A DNA stretch of 64,000 bases from Strigamia acuminata (Eukaryota): positions 5,890,001 to 5,954,000 of the forward strand of contig OX442314.1 of the NCBI GenBank assembly GCA_949358305.1, written 5' to 3'. A program made the translations under genes and the position numbers. The notes beneath the pieces were generated by a model. The model made no database searches, was not told the DNA's origin, and saw only the letters and a list, made by a program, of their open reading frames with translations. Shown here in pieces: positions 36,901-48,126 of this stretch (position 1 is the stretch's first letter; each line of letters starts with the position of its first letter).

Positions 36901-38411
36901 GGGCCAGATCTATCACAGAAAATGAGGGGAAGCTAATGAGGTAACAACACACAAGCCAATCAAACGCATTCGTGAATAATTATCACGATGACTAAGGCGC
37001 GAGTGATCAAACATTTAAATTAGCCAGAATGAACTAAAGGAATTTAGGAGGAGTGGCAGTGGATAATACCCAACTTAGACCGGTCTGATGTGGCAGAATT
37101 GAGCCACACCAGACCAAGTCAAGGGATAAACATGAATAGAAAATAAGAAGACAAGGTAGGACAAATCAAATTTAGGTTTAGGATTTATTAGAAATCAAAC
37201 AAAACAATGATTAGAAACAATAAGTAGAAACACACGGATAACGCGTACAAAACAAAAATTAGGCAGGATTACAGAGCGCTTAAATGCCGGGCCGTGACAA
37301 AATGATGCACAATATAATTTAATTTTTGTATACAGAGCTGGTTATTTTTTAGTTTGATTTACCAGGCTCAATAGCCTTTAAGTTATTCTGGAGTAGTAGA
37401 AGCATTTGTGATGCCATTTTCAATACGTAATGACAATCACTAACATTGATTTAATTTGTTCTTTTCAATCTTTTAGACAAATCACACCTCTTGGCCACCC
37501 TTCGCGTTTCGTTAGAATTTTTTTATCCACCAAAAGTTTGTAAACAGCATTTATGGGTATGTAGCTACTATTTAACCATCGCACAAACGAATATGTAGTC
37601 TATCTTTTGTTATGTTAAGTCAAATTAAAGGGAATTAGATAAACACAAATATGAATTACCGATATGCACATCTTTCTGCACTGTCTTTTTCAGGGTTTTG
37701 TAAATAACCCAGAAGAGCAAGTTAATATTTTGGCACCACTGAAAATAAACTATGGATGGGCTAATAGACTAATGCTTAAAATGTTTAAGGTAACAAAGAT
37801 GAAAAAGAACTCTTTAATGCTTAAACTTACTTAATTTTTACGAAATAGATTGAACGAAGAGATACAAAGCGTAATCCATGTGAAACAAACAAAGATACTT
37901 ACGCAAAGTGTCAATCTGCTTGCATGCAGAATAATTTATATAAAATGATTAATTGCAGGTACTTGTAACAGCGTATTAGACAAATCATTTTGATCCAACT
38001 ACTGCTTGTTTCAGCTTGCCCTACATGTCAACATCTGCTTTGCTAGATTGCAACACTACACAAGACATTAATCAAGCCCATTTCATGTTTTTAAACAATT
38101 ATGACTCGAATCAAAAAAGATGCAAATGCCAACAGCTTTGTACAAATGTTTTTTACCAAATTTCTGTGCATGATGTAAAATTGGATTATGAGTTTTACAC
38201 AGTTGTGGAGGTGAAATTAGCAGATAGTTTCATTGAGACCATAACCGAGAAACAGGCGTATCCAACACCTCAATTGCTAAGTGATGTTGGCAGCATTGTA
38301 GGCTTAGCTTCGGGGATGTCATTGCTATCTTTTTACATTTGGATTATAAACACTTATAATTGGTTTTTAACTCTCAAAACTATCAAGTTTATTAAAACTA
38401 TTTTTACCTGA
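30969..38411 (+). CDS. Copy D: two-module DEG/ENaC channel, 11 exons, ~813 aa
   Basis: Exons 30969-31475, 31535-31607, 31679-31770, 31828-31920, 31990-32096, 35030-35831, 35891-35975, 37477-37556, 37694-37789, 37849-37958, 38015-38411 (2442 nt, in frame). Two TM1/cysteine-rich/TM2 sets. Confidence 0.9.
32636..34151. mobile_element. PIF/Harbinger-like MITE hosting a nested foldback
   Basis: TIRs GGGGCTATCCATTTAGAACGTTACG / CGTGACGTTCTAAATGGATGGCCCC. Flanks TAT / TAG (imperfect TSD). Confidence 0.65.
32803..33827. mobile_element. Tc1/mariner-like foldback MITE
   Basis: TA TSD, CAGTCGTG...CACGACTG ends, ~350-bp near-perfect inverted arms with 20-bp repeats, central 14-bp (CTATCTCATCTTCA)n array. 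Confidence 0.85.
34454..34787. mobile_element. Short solo LTR (TGTGAC...GTCACA family) in intron 5 of D
   Basis: 4-bp TSD ACAG. Shares motifs with 60566-61148. Confidence 0.75.
36287..37299. mobile_element. Solo LTR (~1.0 kb) in intron 7 of D
   Basis: TGTCA...TGACA ends, 4-bp TSD AAAT. Empty site present in the paralogous intron of B (~20185). Confidence 0.82.
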
Positions 38412-39297
38412 AAGAATTATTTTCAACCACTGTGCACGAATGACATTAAAGTTATATCTATTTCAGCACAATCTGGCACAGATTTAAAACAAATTTAAAT
38501 TGTAATTTCAAATATAAATAAACATTTTTCAATAATTCAGATCATTTTTTATTTCGTTGTCTTTCAGCATTAATGAATCAGCAGTGTGTGATCTTTTAAT
38601 CAATTCTGGCATAAAGCAACAGAATTGCGACGCTGTAAAGAGCAACGCTCATGAATTTCCCATTGTAATAGCGATTCTGCAAATAGCGACGCAACGTAAG
38701 TGCGAAGCAAGAATGAGCGGCGTAAAGTAACAGCAAAGACATGAAAGAGCGACGTCGCTCATTCGTGAGTCACTCTTTCCTTCTTTGTGGCCACTTTTTC
38801 TTTGGCAGTTTGAAACTAAATTCATTGATAAAATTGTCGATCTTTTATTTGATTTACTTAAAGCCATCGCTATTTCAGCATTGCTTTTTTAACCATCGCT
38901 CTTTTGAGCGTTGCTATTATTATTTTTCATCTTTTCTGGCCAGGGCTGGACAGGGAACAAATTTATTGCTGGGAAATCTGGATGTCTGGGCCACAATTAA
39001 TAAAGTCGGGACAAGCCACAGCTGACCGCGACAAGCCACAGCGGCCACGGGCCATCGGGAAACTCCCGGTATCCCGCCGGGCCAGTCCAGCACTGTTTCT
39101 GGCTTTTATCAGACAAACACTGTCTTGGATCGGTAATCTTAGCAAGTGAGATTATATGGTTTATCTAAATCTGCCATCGCTAACCCCCTTCAATTTCAAA
39201 GGGGCCCCAGATACTCGTAAAATCGCATTTTTTACAAGAATATGCATGTTTTTTTCCTAATTTTTCCGATTGCCATTATATTATATACGGAGTATTA

Positions 39298-39579
39298 TAT
39301 ATCTTCCGATTTTGTTGTTACGTCAACAGTCGTAGGATAACTTAAGTAATGCATTATTCTGTTGTATGTCTGGGAAGTGAGCATGCATGTACAAAATAGA
39401 AGCAAAAACAGCCAAGATGTGGGATGCCTGCTCCAATGATTTCTAGTGTTTATAAAATCATCCAGACCTGTTAAACTACAGTTCGGTTTGTTGGCATCGT
39501 CTTTCATCATAAGTTGAATTGCAGAACGTAGTTTGCTTAATCTTAGCATATTTCTTCTTAACAAGTGATTTCCCTGCAT
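39298..39579 (-). pseudogene. Copy E: truncated exon-1 fragment of the DEG/ENaC gene
   Basis: MQGNHLLRRN...CSLTGLDDF...YLSYPTTVDVTTKSEDI, then homology ends. Upstream sequence resembles B/G 5' flanks. Confidence 0.82.
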
Positions 39580-40084
39580 TATATTAATGCAGTTCCTGTA
39601 TTTGGGGCCAGACCAGAGCTGAGTGCAGACTTTCAATCAACAATCATCACCTAATGCTTGGACAAATTGTTTTTCAAAACTATATGAGAGCTTGTCTGTT
39701 TGGTTTTGTATCCTTGAGCAAACAAGGCAACTATGGTCTTTATTTACAGTTAAATACAGAATTGATCCGTGTTTTTATTCCCTAGTAACATTGGATGTAA
39801 AACTCATGAAATTATCCAAGCAGCAAGAATATTGATATAACATACCATCAATTTAGAAAGTAGCAGTTTACAGTAAGTGTTGGATCTAACTTCCTTAAAA
39901 ACTTGTATGTCCCTCCTTTTGTGCATAGAAACCCTAGTAAGAGCAGGACCCAAATGAAACTGTTTTGAATTGAAAGAATGGGCGCTGAAAACTGAGATCT
40001 CTTTATCATTCCGGATCGCAGCGAATCTACAAACACGTTTTAACAATCGGCGTTGACTATTTTTTTCTGTTGAGAATCTTCCAT

Positions 40085-40452
40085 TGTGATCTAGGGTTTA
40101 CCCTAAGATTTCCAGTTCGGTCAGGCTTATCAGCCGGACCATTTCGTGAAGTTCTCCGACTTCACACTTTCTTTCCTACTTCGCAGAGTTCGCGCGACGT
40201 CGAGTCGCCATTCCTGCATTGCTTTTTCCCGCCCACCGGAATCTCGCGCTGTCTCGAACACGCCGCCTTCTACGTGGACGACATCGTTTTAATAGTATTG
40301 TAATTGAATGGAGAATGATCACATCGATAATCGGAGATTTAGTTTGTTTATTAGCACATACACATACACATTGACACGAACCGCACGCTGTTGTCACGAT
40401 ACAAGAAGTGACCGGAAGTCACGTGACAATGTGATTGGTCCGTAAGATTACA
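40085..40452 (-). mobile_element. Possible LTR remnant
   Basis: TGTGATCT...AGATTACA ends with a purine-rich tract adjacent on the minus strand. No partner LTR. Confidence 0.35.
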
Positions 40453-41205
40453 TCCAACTCCCTCTGGCGGTGAGAGACCCTCATTCGGAGATTTAACAAT
40501 ACAATAAGCCAGGTGAGATAAAATACCAACAAATAGAACCAGTACTTTTATCATTTTCTTCCATTTATTCTTGTAATTGAAGTAAATAAGTCCATTTTTC
40601 CATTGTTTTCTTTGTAAAGTAAAACATTTAGTCTTTATTTGCGGAATAATGCCTAGTCATGTTACAAGCCTTATTATTCCCTTTGTTAATCCGATATACG
40701 ACCCCGTTGCGGCATTCGACTGCCTTCCACAGATTGAGCATTGGGACCTCTCTCATTTGAATTATCTCAACAAATATAAATTTAGTGTAAAAATCAATTG
40801 GATTCGCAGGAACGGAACAACAATTGCGAATTTTTTTGCTGTTAGGAAAAGTGTCGCAAATCTGGTGTAACGCCTGATCAAGTGTAGCGATTGCCGACTG
40901 TCGCGAATCCGTGAATCAAGATTTAATTGCATGTGCAATTAAATCGCAAAAAAAAAAATCGCGAATTGTAAAAAAAGAAACCCGTTGCGGCCGTCAGCTG
41001 TCGGTAGTGTCGGTACCAAAAACGATCTAGCGACAAAAAGTGGCAGTTTTTTTCAAAAATGGCTATTTTTAGCCATTTTTCAATGAAAAAATGAGTAAAC
41101 ATGTGGTGATCTCACTTTATTTTGTCATTGTATTTAATAAATATCACCACTGAAAAGATAAATTGTGTTATTTTATTTCACAATAGTCTGGCGTATGCCA
41201 GACTA

Positions 41206-41800
41206 TGTCACGCGACTTGGGGGAGAATACTCTCCTAGCATATTTCACCCTAAATTGGCTGGGGTGAACGATAATTAACTGTTTTGGTGCAACAGATTTC
41301 TTTTTTGCACCAAACTAAGCTAATTGCGTAGATCTTCTGCACAACTCAGAAGTGTAGCAAGCCTGGAACCCCAATTTTGGCACACTCTTGAATTTACGCC
41401 TTTGAGAAGTAGAAGTTCAGACTCCTCGTGAACCACCGCCTTCGTGAGCGCGCGAATGCTTGCTATCGTTGTCGTACGAGGAGTCCTTGCTCGCCATGAA
41501 CCATCGCCGTCGCAGGAGCCACCGAGAGCCACTCAGGAGTTCCCGCTCAGCCATTGTACGTGTGAGTTAATCGTAAAAGAAGACGAAGCCATCTTAACAA
41601 CGAGCCGCTGTTATACACGCCGTTTGCTTGTTGCGTGTAACCTTTGTTACACGCCATTTGCCATTCATTTCCATTATCATTATTTACGCGACACAGCCGC
41701 ATTTCACTATTTATTATTGTATAAAATCCATCGAATAAATTATTGTGCTTTTGTTTTAAAACCACACTTGTGTTTTTTCCCCAAAACCCCCCTAGCCACA
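41206..41800. mobile_element. Possible solo LTR abutting the BEL element
   Basis: TGTCAC...GCCACA ends and AATAAA near the right end. TSD not found. Confidence 0.35.
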
Positions 41801-41801
41801 G

Positions 41802-44800
41802 TGTAAAAACTGTCGTTTAAAAGGACGAATTGGAGGTGGCGCCATGTTTGGTCACCAGGGGTCACTTCTGTGGCCCCCTTTTGTAAAACTTGTCATTCTA
41901 AAGGGGGGGACGTGGCGAAAAATTAGCATATCCTGTTTTTGAATAAAATTTAGTATTCGATGTAAAACCACTGTGTTCGCATGCTTTATTGTCAATCTTC
42001 AACAATCAGTTTCAATCCGTTGTCATCCAACTTTTAAATTGACTTCAAACTTCTCCAAATACAATTCGTAGTTGCATCCGCAACATTTGGTGCCGAAACC
42101 CGGGAGATACTTTGGAAAAAACCAGGAAAAAGTTCGAAACAATGGCTGACTTGGAAAAGAATCGCAGACAACGAGATGCGTCGAGAGCGAACATTCGCAA
42201 CATTTTTAGCACACTGAAGAATGAGCTGAAACAGGATCCAGTTAACGAGGTAAAACTGCAGTGTATCCAAGCTACATTAGAATCGAAATGGCCGAAGATT
42301 GAAAAATTAGACGCTCTGATTGCCGACCAAATAACCGATATCGAGGAGGTGGTAGAAGACACCACAATGGCCGAAGAGTACCAGGACGAATTGTTGGTCG
42401 CAAAAGTGACGCTCAAGATCGCGTTGAAAGAAATCACGTCCATGAAATCGCAAGTACCAGTTCTGAATCCAATAATTAATAATCCTCTCGTCCCACAACC
42501 CAATCCGAACCAACAATGTGCGAGTATGAAACTGCCCAAGTTGGAAGTAGTAAAGTTTCAAGGGATGCCCGAGACGTGGACACGATTCTGGGCAAACTTC
42601 CAGCTCAGCGTACACAACAACCCTTCGCTTCCCAAAACGGCGAAATTCGTTTACTTACGGTCGATAGTCAAGGGATTGGCGGCCAATGCGATAAGTGGCT
42701 TGACGGTGACCGACGGAAATTACGACAGCGCGATCGATTTGCTGACCAATCGAATTGGTAAACCCGATTTAATTATCAACGCTCACATGCAGAAGTTTCT
42801 TGAAATGAAACCCGTAAAAGATGCGAATAACATTGTTGCTTTGCATGAACTGTACGATTTTTGTGATTTACATATAACCAGTTTGGAGAATTTAGGAGTA
42901 GATGCCTCGACATTTGGAGCGCTTTTGGCTCGTTCAACCCCTGACTCGATGCAACATGATTTTGCGAGGCCAAGAGGTGACACACCGTGGTCAATGAAGG
43001 AGTTCTTGAACTTTTTCAAATTTGAAGTCACGATGCGCGAGAGAACCAAGGCAACCAACGACAAGAGCGATACGAACGAAAAGAAGGACACTCCAGCTGT
43101 CAAGAAACAAGAAGAGGTATTCAAAAAGTTTACAAACAAAATTAATTCGAATGGTTCCGCTTCAGCATTGTCGGCGATCGTTTATAAATGCACTTTTTGC
43201 AACAAGACCGAGCATTCAAGTCCTGATTGCCCGCTTACCATCGAGGAACGAAAAGAAGTTTGCAAGAAAGCGAGGAGGTGCTACCGAGCAAATCGAAATT
43301 TAAATGCAAAAAGTGTGAGCGCAACCATCACACGTACATCTGCGATACGGAGGTCGTGAAGGAACCAGAAATCACCAAGACATCAGCCGTCGCCAACCAG
43401 GAGGTTCAAGAATCAACTTTGATGTCACAGATCCTCGTAGTAGAAGCTTGTGGGGCAACGAAAAAACGAAAAGTGCAGTGTTTTTTCGATGGCGGGTCGC
43501 AGAAGAGTTTTATCACCGAATGATTGTCGCGAGAATTGGGTTTGAAGACGATTGAAGAACAAAACATTGCATTGTTAACGTTTGGAGAGACTGAGCCTAC
43601 AATTACAACTCGAAAGCGTGTGAAATTTACCCTTAACAATTGCAATAACTCTAATTATAGTTTAGAACTTGAAGCAATGGAATCACCATGGATTATGGAG
43701 TCGGTGAGGGAGAGAACTGATCCGAGAATCATACGCAAATTGGAAAAAAGAAATATTACTTTGGCCACCGATAAAAACATTCAATTTGATAATGGTATTT
43801 CGATTTTAATCGGTTGTGATAATTTTTGAAAGGTGACGACTGGCCGACAAGAACGAATCGAAGAGAAGTTGATGGCAATCGAGACTGTATTCGGATGGAC
43901 ACTACATGGAGCCACGAAAGGAGCAGAAAAAACCGTGTCCACTCTGATTAGAGTAAATAAGGTTGTAGTTACTGACCATTTGAATGAACTTCTAGAACGC
44001 TTTTGGAGTCTCGAGTCTGTCGGCATCAAGCACGAAACGGTGGAACAGGGCGTGGACGACTTAAACACGATGGAACAATTCGGCAAGAGTATCAAATGGG
44101 TGAACGATCACTACTAGGTCGGGTTACCATGGAAACTCAACAGGAAAGAACTCGACGACAACCGTGAAGTAGCCAAAAAGCAATTTTGGAGCTTGGTGAA
44201 TCGTTTTCGAAAAAACCCGAAGTTGTACCTGGAATATAAGAAGGTGATCGATGAACAACTGCTAACTGGTATTGTTGAGAAGGTTCCAAGCGTGAGTACA
44301 TCAAATACAATTTATTATATTCCACATCGACCTGTGATTGACGAAACGCGCACAACAACAAAGCTGCGTATTGTTTATGACGCGTCTTCGCGGATACAGA
44401 AATCCCAGAGAATGTGAGGAAAATCTGGTCGGACTGGTACATTCAAGTGCCAGAAATTAAATGTTTGTCTTTTCCAAGGCAATTATTTAATTGGGGAGAT
44501 GATTTAGAAGAGAGACAGATTCACATTTTCTGCGATGCGAGTCCTCGTGCGTATGGCGTGGTCGCCTACACTCGAGTGACAAATAAAGAAACAAAAACTA
44601 TTAATTGTCAATTTGTCATTTCTAGATGTCGCGTGGCCCCATTGAAAGAACTAACACTGCCGAAATTGGAGTTAATGGGTGCCCTAATTGCAGCTCGCTT
44701 GGTGCCAACGTTACAGTCAACACTCGGATCCAGTCGCATTACATTGTGGACAGATTCGAAAATTGTTTTGCATTGGTTGAGAGAAACCAAAAACAGACCA

Positions 44801-46843
44801 GTCACCTTCGTTTTCAACCGAGTGAAAGAGATCGGCGAAACGACTGACAAGGATTGCTGGCGACATTGTCCTGGCAAAGAAAACCCAGCGGATCTGTTGA
44901 CTCGTGGTGTAACAATGCAAAAACTAACTAATAATGTTTTTTGGCAAGAGGGACCTGAGTGGTTGAGTAAAGACGAATCCGAGTGGCCAGTCGAGAGCGA
45001 TATTGCGGTGGAAATGGACAAAAACGAAGAAATAATTGTGAATGCTGTGAACGAGAAAGTCCAAGTGATTGACTGCACGAGATTTAGTCGGTGGACAAGA
45101 CTGAAAAGAGCAACGGCATGGGTATTTTGATTTATTACGAATTTGAGAACTAATGATAAAATTAAAGGCGAGCTGACTGGAAACGAGATAATTAAAGGCG
45201 AGCAGTACTGGATTGGACATTTGCAAGAATTGAATTTTGCTCAAGAGTTAAAGTGCCTACACGAGAAGAAAATGATTGAAAAATCATCGGTGCTTGCGCA
45301 AATGGCGCCAATCCTGGACGAAGACCGGTTAATGCGAGCTACACATCGATGGACACTGGCAGATGTCGAACGAGATGTGCGGGAACCATACGTCTTACCA
45401 AGTAATAATTATGTCACGAAATTAATAGTCAAGGATGAACACGAGCGTGCCATGCATGGAGGACTCACCGATACACTGTGCAACTTTCGAGAGAGATTTT
45501 GGATGACGCGAGCGAGGAAAACGATAAAAGCAGTATTGTGTCGATGCGTGCGCTGCCGGAAAATACAAGGGCGTTTGGCCAAGGAACGATGGGGATTGTT
45601 GCCACTCGACCGAGTAACACCAAGTGCGCCGTTCGAAACGTGTGGTGTGGATTTTGCCGGTCCACTTTACTCCGATTGCGGTGAGAAACTTTATATTGCT
45701 TTATTTACGTGCGCGGTCACGAGAGCCGTGCATCTTGAATTGTTATCAAATTTGTCTGCTGATCGTTTTGTGGATGCACTTAAGAGATTTATTGGGAGAC
45801 GTGGAATTCCTGCTACGATTTATTCAGATAATGCGAAGACTTTTAAGAGAGCGGATAAGGAATTATGTGTGTTTTTTGAGAATGTATTACCAGAACAACT
45901 TCAACGATTTTTGAGTTTGAGAAAAATAGTTTGGAAATTTATTGTTGAGATTGCGCCGTGGTGGGGTGGTTTCTGGGAGCGCATGGTGCGTTCCGTTAAA
46001 GCGGCATTAAAGAAAACAATTGGTCGCACCTCATTGAATTACGAGGGGCTGACGACTGTATTGATCGAGGTGGAAGCAGTGATTAATTTGAGGCCGCTCA
46101 CTTATGTTTACGACGGTCCCACAGAACAGCCACCCTTGACACCGGCACATTTTCTCGTGGGGAAACGATTGATTAGTTTACCAGATGTTCCAACCACGGC
46201 AAATAAACCTGAAGTTCAAGCGAGTATCTTGCGTGTTTGGAAGCGACGACAACTAATTATTGATCATTTTTGGCGGAGATGGACGAAGGAATATTTGGTG
46301 GAGTTGCGCCAACAGAGAGGAAATTCAAGCGATACGAAATTTCGAGTCGGCGATCTTATCCTAATCGAGGATCAGAATCAACCAAGGCTAACCTGGAAAA
46401 TGGGAAGGATAATCGACGTGAAAGTCGGTCGTGATGGGTTAATACGATCTTGTGAGTTGCAGCTTCCGAATCGCACAAAGCTTCGTCGACCGATTCAACG
46501 ACTGTGCAACTTAGAAGTCGAATCCGAGTTAGAACGTCCCCGGGAGGGGGGACTGTAAAAACTGCCGTTTTAAATGTATAAATTGGAAGTGACGCCATGT
46601 TTGGTCGCCAGGGGTCAACTCGTTGACCCACCTTGTAAAACGGGTTGTTCTATTTTCATGTATTAAGGGGGGAACGATTGATATTTGCATATCCTGTTAA
46701 GAATAAAAAATTAGTGTTCAATGTAACTTCAAAGTGTACGTGTGCTTTTATTGTGAATCCAACAAAATCAGTTTCAATCCTTTGCCATCTGCTTTAGTTG
46801 CTTAGTTATCTCCAAATACAAATTCGAATTGCTAGTCGCAATA
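41802..46843 (+). mobile_element. BEL/Pao LTR retrotransposon, degenerate, RT deleted
   Basis: LTRs 41802-42085 and 46554-46843, PBS TGGTGCCGAAACCCGGGA (tRNA-Phe), gag MKLPKLEVVKFQG with triple zinc knuckle, protease FDGGSQKSFI, RNase H FCDASPRAYG, integrase GVDFAGPL / SDNAKTF / PWWGGFWERMV. Several stops and frameshifts. Confidence 0.92.
45143..46558 (+). CDS. BEL/Pao integrase region (remaining open segment)
   Basis: HHCC zinc motif, DDE core, PLTPAHFL, C-terminal RRPIQRLC. Confidence 0.8.
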   Translation: MRTNDKIKGELTGNEIIKGEQYWIGHLQELNFAQELKCLHEKKMIEKSSVLAQMAPILDEDRLMRATHRWTLADVERDVREPYVLPSNNYVTKLIVKDEHERAMHGGLTDTLCNFRERFWMTRARKTIKAVLCRCVRCRKIQGRLAKERWGLLPLDRVTPSAPFETCGVDFAGPLYSDCGEKLYIALFTCAVTRAVHLELLSNLSADRFVDALKRFIGRRGIPATIYSDNAKTFKRADKELCVFFENVLPEQLQRFLSLRKIVWKFIVEIAPWWGGFWERMVRSVKAALKKTIGRTSLNYEGLTTVLIEVEAVINLRPLTYVYDGPTEQPPLTPAHFLVGKRLISLPDVPTTANKPEVQASILRVWKRRQLIIDHFWRRWTKEYLVELRQQRGNSSDTKFRVGDLILIEDQNQPRLTWKMGRIIDVKVGRDGLIRSCELQLPNRTKLRRPIQRLCNLEVESELERPREGGL

Positions 46844-47559
46844 AACCTCCAGATTGTAATGCTAAATTTCACTCCTGCTTTAAGTTGGTCAATTTTTTCA
46901 ACAACTTCCTGTTTGTTCAGCTCATAGAAACCAAGAACTAATTTCATGATATCTGTTTCACATGTTAGCAGATTGAATACTCGTGTTGCAAGTGATGGTA
47001 GCATAAACTGACAATTGATTAAAAAAGAAAGAAAGAAGGGGTTTCACCAGTGGGTTTCCAAGGGGTTCTTGAATCCAAAAGAACCCACCACCCGTCTTAT
47101 ATTACGTCAACACGACGTCTTTTATCTATCCTCCCGCAACAAAAAAAAGCCAACTCTTTCCTCCATTATCTCGCAAAAAACACCAATAAAAACCAATAAA
47201 ACCAATAAAACCGATGCTGGGTTTTTTGAACGTATCGGCAACGAAAAACACCTAAAAAGTGTGACAATTGAGATGTTTTTCATACGTTTCGGTAATTTTC
47301 TGCCGAAACGTATGCAAAACGTGTCATCCCGTATGTCATCCTTTTTTGGCACATTTCGGGCCTCCAATTGTGTACCCGCGCGCAATTCGAAGCCCGCGCG
47401 TTATTGGCAAAAATAAAATTTGCCCCGCGCGTAATTTGAAGTCCGCGGGCTAATAGAGGCCCACGTAGTAATCGATAATATACGGTATTTCACTCGTGAT
47501 ATGGCTAGATTGGACATGCAATATCCGATACTTTTCCAATTTTTTTAATTCTTTAAGGG

Positions 47560-47880
47560 TCAAAGGAACGACCATTCTAGTTTTAATTTTCAGCATTCGG
47601 ATGAATCACAACGTCCATGCAGTGGCTTGAATTAATTTGTACCTGGTTCAATCCGATTGGCATCAAACAGTGGTGGAATCATCACGGTTGTGCAAGTCAA
47701 AACTATCTGTCTCTCTTTTGATTTCTGCAAGTTCAGTGAAGTTGTCCTGTGAGGTCAGGGGCCAAAATTCTTTTCGCGTTTTGAACAATTTGAGATCATT
47801 CCACCAAAGCCTGTCATTCTGGAGATCACTGAATGTTATTCCCCGAGTAAGTGTGCAATTCTCAACTACTGGCAACTTCG
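47560..47880 (-). mobile_element. Old BEL/Pao pol fragment
   Basis: LTRGITFSDLQNDRLWW...FWP...KLIQATAW parallels LTRGVTMQKLTNNVFW...RLKRATAW in the adjacent BEL element. Confidence 0.6.
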
Positions 47881-48126
47881 GAGAAGGTCAAAATTGTAGA
47901 AAAAAGTAAGAATTATTAACAACTGAAAGGTTCACATTGAAAGACAAACAAATGAAAAATAGACTCAAATATTGATAAGTTTTATTTTATATAGTATGCA
48001 TTTATTATATTTTTACATTTGTAACCCGTGCCAAAAAGTGCTAAAATTAATGAAACTTTTTTGTAAGTAGTGCAAAGTTGCATAGTGGTTTATCAAAATC
48101 AAAAATTATTTCAGATAGAGATAGTT

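Noticed and set aside
41182..41205. Hairpin ATAGTCTGGC-GTAT-GCCAGACTAT as a terminator or Helitron end
   Set aside because: Isolated, with no supporting terminal motif or second copy in the window.
42088..42105. tRNA genes suggested by tRNA-matching strings (also 3809, 14420, 54739)
   Set aside because: Only 10-18 nt complementary to tRNA 3' ends next to LTRs, i.e. primer-binding sites with no cloverleaf.
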